Origin: Camelus ferus | Taxonomy: Eukaryota | Direction: 5' to 3' | DNA length: 64,000 nt | NCBI RefSeq assembly: GCF_009834535.1 | Contig: NC_045697.1 | Coordinates: forward strand, 104,720,001-104,784,000 | In this document: piece after piece, positions 25,548-38,791 of the stretch | Layout of the letters: each line of letters starts with the position of its first letter | How positions within the stretch are numbered: position 1 is the first letter of the stretch | Notes under the pieces: model-generated | Told to the model about the DNA's origin: nothing | Seen by the model: the letters and a program-made list of their open reading frames with translations, nothing else | Databases searched by the model: none | Translations under genes and position numbers: made by a program

Positions 25548-25550
25548 TGT

Positions 25551-26432
25551 TTTATTTTTTTTTGATTGAAGTGTAGTTGATTTACAATGTTAGTTTCAGG
25601 TGTACAGCAAATTGATTCAGTTATACGTATACATTCATATGTATTTTTTTCAGATTCTTTTCCATTATAGCTTATTACAAGACACAGAATGTAGTTCCTT
25701 GTGCTATACAGTAGGTTTTTATTGTTTATTTTGTATATAGTAATGTGTATCTTTTAATCCAAAATCCCTAATTTATCCCCTCCTTTCCCCTTTTGATAAC
25801 CATAGTTTTCTTTTTTTCTATGTCTGTGAGTCTATTTCTGGTTTGTAAATAAAATTTGTATCTTTTTTTAGATTCCACATATAAGTGATATCATACAGTA
25901 TTTGTCTTTCTCTGACTCACTTCGCATAGTATGATAATCTCTAGGTCCATCCATGTTGCTGCGAATGGCATTATTTCATTCTTTTTTATGGCTGAGTAGT
26001 ATTCTACTGCATAAATATACCACATCTTCTTTATCTATTCATCTGTCAATGGACATTTAGGTTGCTTCCATGTCTTGGCTGTTGTAAATAGTGCTGCTGT
26101 GAATGTTGGGGTGCATGTATCTTTTTGAATTATAATTTTCATCTTTTTCAGATATATGCCCAGGAATAGGTTTGCTGGATCATATGGTAACTGTATTTTT
26201 AGTTTTTTAAGGAATCTCCATGTTGTCTTCCTTAATGGCTGCACCAATTTACATTCCCACTAACAGTGTAGGGTGGCTCCTTTTTCTTCACAACTTCTCC
26301 AGCATTTCTTATTTGTAACTTTTTAATGATGTCCATTCTGACTGGTATGAAGTGATACTTCATTGTAGTTTTGCTTTGAATTTCTACAATAATTAGCAAT
26401 GTTGAGCATCTTTTCATGTGCCTATTGGCTAT
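25551..26432 (-). mobile_element. L1, 5'-truncated, ~0.9 kb
   Basis: ORF2 C-terminus ([29 protein letters not shown]) plus 3' UTR; flanks GAGAGCTTGT / GAAAGCTTGT. Confidence 0.9.
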
Positions 26433-27004
26433 GAAAGCTTGTAATTGTAATCATGCAACCATAGTTAACAATCTTAGAAAATAATGTTATGAACAGAAAG
26501 TCAGCATGCATTTATTAAGAATCAATACTGTCAAACTAACCTTACATCTACGAACTTGCTACTCAACTTAAGAACTAGGGTTTGTATATTTTTCATTTAA
26601 AATTTTATTGGAGCTGTTCTCCAGTATTCCTCATTAAATAGTCTCGTGTACTACAATTTCAAGTAGTTACATAGTGCTCAATTATATGAATATACCCTAA
26701 ATTACTTAACCAATCCACCATGGTCCAGTTTATACTGTTTCACATTTTTGGCTTTTAGAAACCATGCTAGGGTTATGATCATTTTACATAAAAGTTTGTA
26801 AATTATAATTTTTTAAAATTTTGGTCAAATTCCCAGAAGAAGAATGAATGAATCAAAGGGCTTCATATTTCAAAGGCCTTGTTTATTACCAAAGTTGCCT
26901 CCAGAAGGAAGTACCTATTTACATTCTCAACAACAATATACAAATGCCTATTTTTCCAACCCTTATCATTACTGGAAAATTTTGGTAGAAAAATGTGTTT
27001 TGGT

Positions 27005-27190
27005 GATTTTTTAAATTGTGGCAAAATATGTATAACATAAACTTTGCCACTTTAACCGTTTTTAAGTGTACAATTCAGTAGCACTAAATACATTCACTGT
27101 GTTGTACAACCATCATCACTATCTATTTCCAGAATTTTTACCATCACCCCAAACAGAATCTTTGTATCCATTAAAGTAAAACTTAAAAAA
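27005..27190 (-). mobile_element. Old L1 extreme 3' end fragment
   Basis: TTGTGGCAAAATATGTATAACATAA..TTTAACCGTTTTTAAGTGTACAATTCAGTAGCACTAA..ACAACCATCATCAC. Confidence 0.75.
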
Positions 27191-27281
27191 AAAATTTTAA
27201 AAATGATTGCCATCCTCTTGCTATATATTATTCAATCCCATTAACAATACACTTACCCCTTCCAAAGATCTTAGAATTCAC

Positions 27282-27640
27282 TGTGTTAGCCAGACCAGGA
27301 CAGGCTATACTATGGTAACAGTCAACTGCAGAGTCTCGTGGATTACCCAGCAAGAGCTTATTTCTCACTCAGGTTACATAATCGTTGCAAGTCAGTGAGT
27401 GTATTTGCTTCTGACAGTCTCTCAGAGGCTCAGGCTAATAATGGCCCAACCGTTTCATTGCTTCATCTTTCGGAACACGAGGACTTCATGGTTACCAAGG
27501 CAGGGCAAGAAAGTGTGGTAGAGCCTTACACTAGCAATTAAATGCTTCAGCCTGGAAATGACACATTGTCACTTCCATGATGGCCAGAACTTGGTGGGGA
27601 CTGCTAACACAGCAGAAAGTGGCATATTCCTCCCATGTCA
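27282..27640. mobile_element. MaLR MLT1J/K-type LTR
   Basis: TGTGTTAGCCAG..GCTATACTATGGTAACA..CTTATTTCTCACTC..AAATGCTTCAGCCTGGAAATGACACA motifs. Confidence 0.55.
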
Positions 27641-28682
27641 CCTAAAAGACAGGAGAACTGGGAAAGGATGAGCACCAGAAGTCTCGTAATATCTTCGCTT
27701 GTATCCTCATTGATACGAAACTGGCTTCTTTTAACTGTCTCGCAAAGTTGGTGTTTTTTTTTCTATTAATGAAGTCTACCCATTTCACTTTATGTAATGC
27801 CACAAGAAATCTTGGAAGAAGAAAAAAAATAGAAGAACAATCATTTGATCTAAGGGAAAAGTAATGTGTCACAGTGTTGTGTCAACACCCAGCACTGAAA
27901 CATGTTCATTTGCCACCCGTGGGCCCAGTTTTCTTAATAACTCTCACTGTTGAAGCAGGTGCAGAAGCTCTTCCAGCAGTCTTGGGCCCTCCGGTTTTCA
28001 TGTGGTTAGGCATGTCACTGTGGATGCCCCACAGAGGACGAGAAATGCTGACACTCTACAAGTTCTTCAGCAACTTTTTTGAGAAATAGGAAATCAGTAC
28101 TTAATTTTTCATTAAACACACACTCTTTCTTTTATCTCATTCCTGCCAAAAGGGTTTTTTTATTTGTTTGTTTTGGTATAAAAAACTGTAACCAATCAGT
28201 AAAGTTGGAGATTGGTACAATCCAATACAGGACAAGCAACTGTAGTGATGGAGTTCAGGACATTCTCGATGCTCTGTGGCAGCTCTACTAAGCCTCTGTT
28301 TTCTTGCCCATCTTACTCTCAACCTATAATTTTCCATGCTGCCTATTGACTGATGGCTTGACAACTTCATTCACCTTGAGGTTGCTTCTGGAAAGGTCAG
28401 GAAAACAGAGATAGGTTGTCCTCGGTCATCTTTCAGATTATCCATGTGTCAAAGTGAGAACTCTGTTCACTGCACATGTGTCTCATACGCTACTAAATGA
28501 GACCATGGCAGGGGTTGGAAATGCAGAGTAGAGGTCCGATGAACCCATCCTGGCTTATTTTTAAAAATCTTTTCTGTGCAATTGTTTATAGTAAAACTGT
28601 TTAAAAATGAGAAATCCAGGGGGAAATTGTAAAAAGGAAGGGATGCCAAGAAAATAGGTGTGCCGTTCCAGGCAAAGAGGGA

Positions 28683-29204
28683 TGTGTTAGGGTTCTCCAG
28701 AGAAGCAGAACCAATAGGAGGTATTTGTAGATTTTTTATAGGGATTGGCTCATGTGCCTATGGTGGCGGAGAAGTCCCACAATCTGCCATCTGCAAGCTT
28801 GACAAGCAGGAAAGCTGATGGTGTAATTCAGTCCGTGACTGGAGGCCTGACAAACAGGGGAAGGGCTGCTGGTTTAAGTCCCTAAGTCTGAAGTCCTGAG
28901 AATCAGGAGCTCAGATGTCCGATATCCAGTGTGCAAGATCAAGAAAAGATAGACATCCCAGCTCAAGAAGAGAGAGAGGGAATACACCCTTCCTTTGCCT
29001 TTGTGTCCTATTTGGGCCCTCAGCAGATTAGGTTGGATGATGCCACCTCCATTGGCGAGGGTGGATCTCTTCACTCAGTCTACTGAATCGAATGCTACTC
29101 TCTTCCAAAAAACACTCTCACAGACATACCCAGAAATAATCTTCTACCAGCTCTCTGGGTTTCTCTTAGCCCAGTCAAGTTGGCACATAAAATTAATCAT
29201 CACA
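28683..29204 (-). mobile_element. ERVL MLT2B-type solo LTR
   Basis: TGTGTTAGGGTTCTCCAGAGAAGCAGAACCAATAGG..AAGTCCCACAATCTGCCATCTGCAAGC..CAAGTTGGCACATAAAATTAATCATCACA. Confidence 0.85.
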
Positions 29205-31565
29205 GAGAACTTTAGGTCCTGTGACTTAGAGCTCAGTAATCAAAGATGATAATTTAATAACTTGTTTCTCCAGTGCTTGCCATGGGCTACTAGTTTCTTC
29301 AGTTAGAATATAAAGGGGATATGCAACTGTTTTCTGTTCCAGCTCAGCCAGAGAACAAATTCCAGGTGCCCTACAATTTCCCCAAAAGGTCCATTACCTT
29401 TAAGTACCAATCTAGGTATCTACTGCTTGGACTGCAGGGGAAAAAATGACTGATTCTGGCAACCTAAGCAAAAAAGGCCTTTCATCTGAAGTGTGTGGGG
29501 TGTTCAAGGAAGCCTGAAGAACCAGCCTGGGAGCAAGAAGCTGGGTAGCCTGCTAGGCAGCAGGCTGCTTTCGGCATGCTTGGCTGGACAGATGACCTGT
29601 TTCTCCTGTCAGTGCTTTACTGGGCTCAAGAGTCAAAGTCCTGGGGAAGAGGGTCTGATTGGCTGGACATGTGCCCAGCCTTTGGCAGCGGCAGGCTGAG
29701 GGGAGGGACTAGCAGAAGGAGCCTTCAGGGATCTCTTTGGATTACCGACTGTGAGAAAGGCACGTGCACTTTACCAAGACTCCATGCTTGGTGGGAAAAT
29801 GATTACCCAGGTGGAATTCAGGGTGCTGTTGGGAAGTGGGGATGAAGGCTGAGCATCCTAAAATTCCAGTGTCCACCGCTGAGAACAGAATCATGAGCAT
29901 GTTAGTGCTGTCAAAGCCTGCTGAGTGGATATGTGCTGATTTGTTCTACTATTTTCAATTGTTAGATTAATTCCTTTTTTGTCCCCCTGCAACAAATAGC
30001 CTGAAGAATATACATCTTAAAAAAATATTTTCTTAGGACAAATTGCCAGGTCTGGAATTGTTGGGTTGAAAGACATGAGTTTTTATACTTTTTTCATTTT
30101 TTCTTTTACTGAAGTGCTCATGGACTCTAAGAAGATGCTCCTAGTCACAGCAGATTGGCTTTCTAGTGACTGGATAATTGCTCAGTTGAAGGTCACCCTG
30201 TGGAAACTGCTCTCTGGGTCATGTCCGGGGCATCTGGGCTACAGGGAAAAATAAACTCTTTAGAGCTCTTCTCTTTCCTTCTAACATTTTAAAACAAATA
30301 TCCATTGCTATCTGGATAAAATAAACTGCAAGGCACTGCATAGGTCAGTTGATCCTCACTTTATAGGAAAGAGGGCAGCATTTGCCTGAGTGACCTGTGA
30401 GAGTATGGGCTGATACCCATCAGCAAATATAACACGATACACTCAGCTCCCTCCTCTCCATGCCAGGTCTCTCAAAAGCTGAGGGCAGGGAAGGGGTGAT
30501 TGCACTATGACAGGGCACTCCCCATGGAGCAGCTACTGGTTCTGTGCCTTGCCCCACATCATCTTGAGCCAGGTTCTTCTAACTCCAAACTTTAAAAGAG
30601 TCCCAGATTTCTTCAGGGGGTTTTCATTTCAATGTAAGGGAATTGGAAGATCCTTTCCCCTCCCCCAACCTTCCCACCCCAGCTTCATTGGGAATATATA
30701 ACTTCTTAGCCAGACAGCAGGGCTGGCTGGACCAAGCAACAGTGTACTTTTTAAAAAATAATTATCCGTGTGTCAGTTTATTCCTAGAGCACACCAGATT
30801 AGAAACACTTTGAGATTAGGGACTGTCTGGCCTTGCAGGACTTTCCCTGGTGCCTTGCCTACTCCAGGCACTCACTCAATATTTGCTGACTGGATAGGCT
30901 TAGGTGAGTGGAATCATTCTAGAACTTCTTGAGGATCCAAACTCTTCCAAGTTACGATGTCTAGGAGTGCCGGGAAAAGTGAGCTCTCCCTAGAAACAAT
31001 CAAGGAGCGCTGGAGGGGTTCTGAACCCCATGCTTAGTGTTTTCAGGCAAAGAAGCCAGCCCGGTGCAGAAGCAGATGAGAGGGGCCCTCATGCCCTCTT
31101 CATGGGCTGTATGTCTCAGCCCTGGTGCTCCAGCCACAGGACCTTTTTCAGTTTCCTGTTCTAGTTCTTTGACAAAACTTTCCCCAGGAATGCTTCTTCC
31201 CTCTCCACATCACATCAGTTTCACCTCTACCCATGAACTCCTCATCCGGCAACCCAATTGTCAATTCCTCAGTGACATCTCAGAATAGCCCCATTTCCCC
31301 TGTTTAACACCATATATGGCTCTTTCCCAGCACTTATCAGAATTTTCATTTAATATTCGTATTTGTGTTTGTCATTATTTGATACATTCTTTCTCTCTGA
31401 TTGGAGACTGTTGCTCCCTGAGGGCATGACTTGTGCTTGTTTTGTTCACTATTGTAGCCCTAGTTATAGCATCCTCTCTGGCATATATTGAGAACAGTTA
31501 ATATTAGAGGCACGAGGAACAGTTTCTCTACACCACAGGGGTTTACCTGCTGCAATCCTGGCAGA

Positions 31566-32119
31566 TACAGAGTCAGGATTCTCTACAGAAATGGAATCAA
31601 TCAATGAGGGATAAAATATATATCTATATCGATATGTCTATATAGTGATATAGCTGATATAGCAATGTAGATATATATGGAGAGAGACAGAGAGATTGAT
31701 TGACTGAGAGATTGAGAGTGACTGTAGGCATTGGCTTATGCACTAGTCATAGAGGCCAAGAAGTCTCACCATCTGCCATTTGCAAGATGAAGAACCAGGA
31801 AAGCAATGGTACAAATCCCAGTCCAAGTCTGAGGCCTGAGAACCAGGAGCACCAATGTCTGAGGGCAGATGAAGATGGATGTCCCAGCTCAAAAAGTACA
31901 AAGGGGAATTTACCATTCCTCTGCCTTTTCTATTCAGGCTTGCAGTGGATTGGATGATGCCCACCTGTGTTGGTGAGGGAGCTCTTTTTCACTCAGTCTA
32001 CTGATTCAATGCTAATATCTGCTGGAAACACCCTCATAGACACACCCGGACATAATGTTTACCAGCTCGCTGGGCATCCCTTAACCCAGGCTAATTAACA
32101 CATAAGATTAACCGTTACA
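31566..32119 (-). mobile_element. ERVL MLT2B-type solo LTR
   Basis: Homologous to 28683-29204 (ATCTGCCATTTGCAAG..CACTCAGTCTACTGATTCAATGCTA..CACATAAGATTAACCGTTACA). Confidence 0.85.
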
Positions 32120-33141
32120 CGGAGATTCTGGCTTGACCCTCAGTAGAGTTTATACAATATTGTGCTCTCAGAATAGAATTTCTCAAATTGCATTACCCAG
32201 ATTGCTAGTTCATGAACTTTTAATAGGGTTTTGTGAAGAAAAAATTTCTTTTAAAAATATAGATGCAATGAAAATTTAAAACACATTTGGACAGTTACTT
32301 TTCTGTGATAATTTACCTTTAAGAAAACATACACTACAAACATACAAACAAAATATACACTTCATCATACTTTATTGTTTCTTTTTTTTATTGTGGAAAT
32401 ACATATAACAAAATTCACCATTTTAGCCGTTTGAAGTATCCAGTTAGTGGGATTAAGCAAATTTACATTGTTAAGCACCCATCACCATTATATTTTGTAG
32501 ATTACTAGTTCACAAACTCGTATACCATCCTCATATCTTGGTGGATTAACTCACCTTGAGCTCACAGTGTGGCCCCAGGGTGACCTGAAACTATGTGGAA
32601 TTACTCCCACCTTTGCCCCAGTGATCAGCTGACAGACAGCTCTCCAGGTGTAACTGAATGAGATGAGGTAGGCTCCTAAACTGGTTTGATGTCCAGACTG
32701 AAGCAATTGTGAGAGGGGGAGCATCTTTCTAGCACCAGAGGGGATACTGTTTAGAGGTAAATCCGGAGATGTTGAAGCCATCTGGTTCTCACGAAGGGAG
32801 CTTTCTGGAGGCTGAAGTTAACACCAGGAAGAGGAACAGAGCAGAAAGAATCACAGGAAAATGAAGCTAGAGTGGTGATAAACCTTCAGGAGCCTGCCCT
32901 GCTTCTCCAGGGAACTTTTCCATGATACTGTCCAATGATTTCTTGTTTGAGCTATTCTGGCATCTCTGCCCTACCACCCCACACCCGTTAATACTCTTGA
33001 GAGAAAGCAACTTAATGTGGTTTGGAAGTTATCCAGACATTAATCTTCCATTTCTTCTCATCATATCCCTTATGTTTTGCCATAGCTATAATTATAATCT
33101 ATGTACCTCACCGATAAAGGTGTCAGCCTGTGGCAGAAACT

Positions 33142-33590
33142 GTTAGGTTCCTGTTCAGAATGGATCATCTCTTTATAAGAAAATTCAGATTTCATTTCAG
33201 GTGGCAGTGAACCTGTATAAAAGACCACATTTTCCAGTTTCCCTTGCAGGGAAGCATGGCCATGTGACTAAGTTCTGGCCAATGAGATAAAAAGCAAAAA
33301 TGTTTTCTAAGAGCTGAAGGAAGGCTAAGAAAAGAGGGTGACTCAACCAGGAGGGGGACCCCTTATCTTTAGCCTTCCTCATTCACAGAAGGGGCTCTTG
33401 GAAACATACCACGAGGTGACACTGAGGATGGAAACTGGTGCTTCCCTGGGGGCTGTGGAATCATGTTAGAGTGTTTACTTCTGGACTTCTTTCACATGAG
33501 AGAGAGGAGTAAACTCCTCATGGTTTAAACCACCATTATTCTGGATTCTCTGTTATAATGTGTCTGAACCTAATTCTAACTGACTCACAG
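33142..33590 (+). mobile_element. MaLR MLT1J-type LTR
   Basis: CATTTTCCAGTTTCCCTTGCAG..GGCCATGTGACTAAGTTCTGGCCAATGAGAT..CTGGACTTCTTTCACATGAGAGAG..CTAATTCTAACTGA. Confidence 0.7.
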
Positions 33591-34169
33591 CCTGAAACAT
33601 ATCCAATGATTCAGTAGAACCCATATTTGACTTTATAGGTAGTAACCTTTGACTCATCAGGGAGAGACAATATTGTGTGTAGCGGAACCTGTGTAAAGGG
33701 GAGGTTTCATCTGAGTTACCCTCTATTTTGTGTGGACAGGATCCTGACTGACCGTCATTGATTCAGATCCTTAACTAATCCAGGCACTGAGCAAAGCATA
33801 AAAATGCCCACCCGACAACCTGACATACAGACTTGAACATCCCCTCAGGCTAAATGAGTCTAAACTGAAACTGATCTTGCCCATCCCAGTCACCAGCAGC
33901 ACCACCACATCGACTTCCCCCCACTTTCCTTTTAGTAAATGTTCAGTGGGGTTACAGCCATCCACCTAATGTCCCATGCCGGCAGCCTGGGGCCATTTTG
34001 ACACCTTCTTCCTCATTTCTATATACAGGCCATTGTCAAGTTCCAGAATCTGCCTCTAAAATATATTTTGGTCTATTAATCTCTGTATCCACTGTCATTT
34101 GGAGGGTGAAGCTATACCATATTGCCCAGACAACCCCCAAAGCCTTCCCCATGGATTTTCATTTTGGTT

Positions 34170-34265
34170 TCTTTTTTTTTTTCCCCCTTTTTCAAATGCA
34201 GGTACTGGAAATCGAACCAAATACCTCATGCATGCTCAGCATGCCCTCTCCCAACTGAGCTACGC
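34170..34265 (-). mobile_element. tRNA-derived SINE (Vic-1-like), diverged
   Basis: Reverse complement of GTAGCTCAGTTGGGAGAGGGCATGCTGAGCATGCATGAGG..GGTTCGATTTCCAGTACC with A-rich tail. Confidence 0.75.
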
Positions 34266-34382
34266 TGAATTTTCATTCTCCACGCAGCACCTTGAGAGAA
34301 AACACAAACCAGATCACATTACTGCCATGCTGAAAACTCTTCAAAGTTTCCCTTTGAAGAGTAGCTTAGGATACAACCCTAT

Positions 34383-34910
34383 TGTCAACAAAAAAAATTA
34401 ATAAATAATCTGTAATAGGAATGAAAAAGAGTTTTATTTGAGCTGAACTGAGGACTATAGCCTGGAAGACAGCCTCTATCTCAGATAACTCTGAGGAACT
34501 GCTGCAGAGAAGCAGGGTTTCCAGGAGAGTCTGAATGTCTTGTCAGAACAAAGAACATCAAACAAGTCAGGGATACATTCCTTCAAGGTTTCAAACAAAA
34601 CAAAACAAAACAAACCAGATCAGCGAGAACACAGCGGGACTCAGCGTGTCCTTGGCCCCCAGGAAAGGAGTCTTATCATCAAAGGAGGATCAGCATTGGC
34701 ATCTCGGAAAGAGAGGCATTTCATCTTCATTTTTTAACATGGACATTCTTTACTTCTGGTCCACGTGCTTTTTTCTTTAATAATTAAGCAGAGGTACAAT
34801 GTATGTTTGATTGGCTACAAATAGGCTATTTTAGCATAAAGTTTGAGTTATATTATGTATAAGCCAGAATGACTTCTCCATGCCTCAATAAATGGAAATT
34901 TCTTTCATTA
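34383..34910 (-). mobile_element. ERV1-class solo LTR (same family as 893-1354)
   Basis: Starts TGTCAAC; minus-strand poly(A) signal (plus-strand TTTTATTT at ~34432); colinear with 893-1354; interrupts L2-like sequence. Confidence 0.75.
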
Positions 34911-35204
34911 CTTTATAGGGCCTATGAGGCTCACCTGATCTGACCCCTTCTGACCCTCCACCACGCAGCATGTCTTGAGCCAGTCTTTCTTACTCACTGA
35001 GCTTCAGTCATCTGATCTGCTCTTTTAACCTCTGGAATGTTCCAGACTCTTTCCCATCCCAGGGGCTTGTACAGGCTGCTTCCCCGCCTGGACTCCCCTG
35101 CTCCCACTCCCTATTTAATGGTCAACTTCTGATTCTTCTGGTTATTGATTAAATGACATCTTTAATTAGGCTTTGACCCAACCCCCAATTTATATCTGGA
35201 TACT

Positions 35205-35540
35205 TCATACTGAATAATATGATATGCAGTGTTTTGCGGCTGGCTTCTTGCACTTAGCATAATGTTTTCCAGGTTCATCATGTTGTAGCATGCATGAGTA
35301 CTTCATTCCTTTTTATTATAGTTTACTTATGCCATTGTCTGGATACATACATTTTGTTTATTGACTCATCAGCTGGTGGACATTCGTGTTGCACCCACTT
35401 TTTGGCTATAATGAACAATGCTATCCTGAACAAGCATTTGTGTAGACATATGTTTTCATTTCTCTTGGGTAGATGCCTAGAGAGTGGAGTTGCTGGCTCA
35501 TGTGTTAACTCCATGATTAACACTTTGGGGAAGTGTCAGC
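35205..35540 (-). mobile_element. Old L1 3' fragment
   Basis: TGGCTTCTTGCACTTAGCATAATGTTTTCCAGGTTCATCATGTTGTAGCATG..GAGTGGAGTTGCTGGCTCAT. Confidence 0.8.
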
Positions 35541-36629
35541 AGCTCCTTTTTATGAGGACAGGTTTAGGATTTTGCCCAGAGGATTGCACACCTGTCAGTG
35601 CAACTCTCACTGTTTGCATCCTTTCTATTCTTGAGTATCTTTCCCCCTTTTACTTGCCTTTTATTTTCTTCTCTGTAGACTCTATCCCCCAGCTGATTTT
35701 AGCCAGAACCAAGGTTTTCAATGCCTTAAATTTTTTTGTAAAACATTTTGAACTCTCCGGTGGATGGACATTAAAGTAATCACGTTTATCTGTTTATCTG
35801 TGGGTTAGCCACTCACAGTGCTGTTTTGTAACAAAAGTTTATTGAGTAGGAGGCTTACTTAACTTGTTCTTGAGGGTTACACTCCTACAACATGCCATGC
35901 AGAGTCTCAGTTACCCATCTCGGAGTCTAAACTTTTCAAAGAATCCTTTGAAGTCTCTTGCTGATATTAGCATCATTAGTGAACCTATATATGTAAACAT
36001 ATGTTCTGAACCTATTAAAACTGTGTAGAGTTCCTGGTGTGTGCCAGGCGCGCACCTAATAATTGTTTAGTAAATTGTTAGTTGCTATTATTAAAAGGTA
36101 CTCTAATGAAAAATTGGTTTCATCTGGGTAAGGATTTTTAGTAATTTAAAATGTCTTAACATTTTGGGGACACATCTGAGTTCTTTCAGAACACACGGAA
36201 TGCTGTACTTTCCCAGTTGTACCCACAAATTCTCATTTGATCTTCACCCCCACCTCGTGAAAACCACACATTATACCCTGGCGTTTGTTTTCCGGTGGTT
36301 ATTTTTGGAATAATCAAGATCTCTCCACCTACCCAAGCACATTTAATCTGCTGAATACAACAGAAACAACTCTTCCGTAGTTTAGACACCCTCTCCCCTC
36401 CCCCGAATCATCAGCGTGGTTACACAGAAGAGTGTAACAGCAGCAGCTGGGCCTCCAAGAAAATGCTCCCTGCCCTTGTAAAGCTTTCAGTCTGAAGCGG
36501 AGATTTAACAGGCACTTTATTTTAAATGGGGACCGTGAATAGGGAACAGCTGAGGGTCTATGCCGGGATAAATGAGATACAGGAGTCAATCGTTTCCCCC
36601 AGAAACCAGACCCCTGTGTTAAGACTGCC

Positions 36630-37720
36630 CTGAAGACGCCCCGTCCTGGCCCCAGTCGGCTCCCCGATGCTCCCCAGTGAGTCAGCCCGAAGAGGGGAGC
36701 CGATGAAAAGGGGAGGCGCCCGCGTCTAGGGCCGGAGGAAAGCCGCGGGGCGAAATTCTAGACCGAGGAAGCCTCGGAAGGAAGAGGAGGGGCAACTGCG
36801 CGTGGGGAAGACAAGGAAGAGACGTCTGAGGGAAGGGAAGGGAAGGGAAGAGAAAGGAGAGGAGGAAGAAGGCAGGCAGAGGGGAGAGGAGTGGGCGAGA
36901 GGCCAGCGCGGGGCGGGGCGCGGCGGGAGGCGCCCGGGGCGGGGCGGGGCCGGCTCGCGCCTCCGGGAGGGCGTGCGGCGCGGGGGCCGGGCCGGGCGGG
37001 GCGGGGCCGCAGTATCCGAGGTTCGGCTGGGGCTGCCGGGAGCTGAGCGCTCAGTTCTCGTTCGCCTGGGCTGTGCTTCTCCGTGCGGCCGGGCTCACCT
37101 CCGCGGGGCATGTCTGCGCTGCTCTCGCCGCGCGCCCGGGGCTGCTAGCTTCTCCGGCGCTTTCTGCCCGCGTGGCCCCGCACCTGGCCGCGACCCCGGA
37201 GCCCGGCTCGGGCAGTGCGCGCGGCGAGCTCTGCGCGCGGACCGCTGCCGTCATGGGGCTGCAGCCCCTGGAGTTCAGCGACTGCTACCTCGACAGCCCG
37301 TGGTTTCGGGAGAGGATCCGCGCCCACGAAGCGGAGCTGGAGAGGACCAACAAGTTCATCAAAGAGCTCATAAAGGATGGGAAGAACCTCATCGCGGCGA
37401 CCAAAAGTAAGCAGGGACTCGGGCGCGCGCGAGGCCGGGAGGAGCCTGTCTTGGAGGGAGACCGACCGTCTCGTGCCCGGGCCGGCGGCCAGAGGAGCGG
37501 GAGATTCATCCGGGGCGGGAGGCCCCGGGGTCGTTCCTCCGCGGTTCCCCTGGCAGCCGGGGGGCAGGCCCCCTTTCCTGCCCCTGCCCGACGGCCAGAG
37601 CCCGAAGTGGTGAGCCCGCCAGCCCCGCTGCTCTGGCCCGGCGCCCTCGGTCCCTGCGTCCCCCGCCGGACCCGCCCGCGGGCAGGTTTTATTGCACCCT
37701 AGAGCTGCTCACAGTCTCGT
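36630..37720 (+). promoter_or_regulatory. CpG island / TATA-less promoter and 5' UTR of ARHGAP10
   Basis: Very GC- and CpG-rich. Clustered GGGGCGGGGC (Sp/KLF) boxes at ~36910-37008 directly upstream of the coding exon. Confidence 0.92.
37253..37406 (+). CDS. ARHGAP10: Rho GTPase-activating protein 10 (GRAF2), coding exon 1 (N-terminal part of BAR domain)
   Basis: Translates [51 protein letters not shown], the ARHGAP10 N-terminus (paralogs ARHGAP26 MGLPALEF.. and ARHGAP42 MGLPTLEF.. differ). Kozak context GCCGTCATGG; phase-1 donor AAA A|GTAAGC at 37407; 154 coding nt; lies in a CpG island. Confidence 0.97.
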
Positions 37721-38728
37721 CCGTAACAGAAACGTCAGTTTTACTAGTCTTGTTTCTTGACCTCTCAAAAGAACTTGCCTGGGGATTCTTTGAAAACTGG
37801 CTGGGAGTTGAATTCTTCCGAACCCCCTTAAACTTCACCCTTTCCGTGTGGTTTTCTGACCTCCTCCGACAGTCTCGTCCTGGGCACCTTACTGTGCTAA
37901 ACCAGAAAGTCCACCTGGCGTAGTGCTGCCTTCCGCACATTCCTCCCCTCCGCCTGTGCCGAGGAGGGTTCAAAGATTGGGGCTTGTGAGGGTGCGCAGA
38001 CAGCCTGCCCCCTGGCCGGAGCGCCACTGCCTGCAATTAGGGAATTCCATCCTGGTAGCGCTCGATCCTTCCTCCCTGGTTTCTCTATCTTTTGAACAAC
38101 TAGGAAGTGGCCACAGGAGAAATATGGTGGATATGTATTTATTATCTGAGAAGAGGTTGTGTAGGAGGGAGGTGGCCTGAAATTCGCGCTGAAACAGAGT
38201 TGGTGATGCTGCCGGAAATGGGGGAGGCACTAGCTGTAGTGAGGAGCATCGCAGGCTGACCACACCTGTAACCTCTAACCCGTTGTGAGGAGGCCTGTGA
38301 GTGCTCCATTTTCCCTCTGAAAAAAACCTGCTCCCTACCCTACACTCTCCATTTGGCATTAAGGAAGATGAGACCATCCCGAACAAACTGTCTCAAGTAC
38401 CCAGCAGCACAGCGCCTGAAACAGTAAATATTCATTGAATGAGTTGAAAGAAATACGTTCTCATGGGAAGAACTGAGTGAACCGTCCGAGTAATTTTGGA
38501 AGCAAGTCACTCCACTTCTCTGGCTGACGTCCAAGGTTCCTGTTGGTTCCGTGACCTCTTTGGTGTTGCAAAATGAGCATTGGGAATGGCTTTCTTTGGG
38601 ACGTGTGACTAGGGGGCATGTTTGGTTGGTGGCTTTCCAGTGCCTTGGCATTGGGTTTGTGTGTGGAGATGGAAGTAGGGAGGGGCTATAAATACGTAGG
38701 AGTGAGCAGAGGAGGCCAAAAGGGCATG

Positions 38729-38748
38729 GTGTGTGTGTGTGTGTGTGT
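38729..38748. repeat. (TG)n microsatellite
   Basis: Direct inspection. Confidence 0.9.
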
Positions 38749-38791
38749 AGTGAACATGGGGAGAGGATTCTTCCTTCTCTAACTTGGTCTT

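Noticed and set aside
28683..32119. Two same-orientation MLT2B LTRs 2.4 kb apart as a deleted ERVL provirus
   Set aside because: The two copies differ structurally, no shared TSD or PBS is evident, and the spacer shows no gag/pol-like remnants.
893..34910. Related ERV1 LTRs as the two ends of one provirus or a segmental duplication
   Set aside because: They are 33 kb apart, substantially diverged, with unrelated flanks; independent solo LTRs are more likely.
36758..37702. Long ORFs across the CpG island (202 aa at 36802, 209 aa at 37073, 117 aa on minus), including an apparent 60-aa N-terminal extension of ARHGAP10
   Set aside because: Stop codons are rare in such GC-rich DNA. The peptides are low-complexity Arg/Gly/Ala/Pro, start at non-ATG codons and run through the splice donor. 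Only 37253-37406 has homology support.
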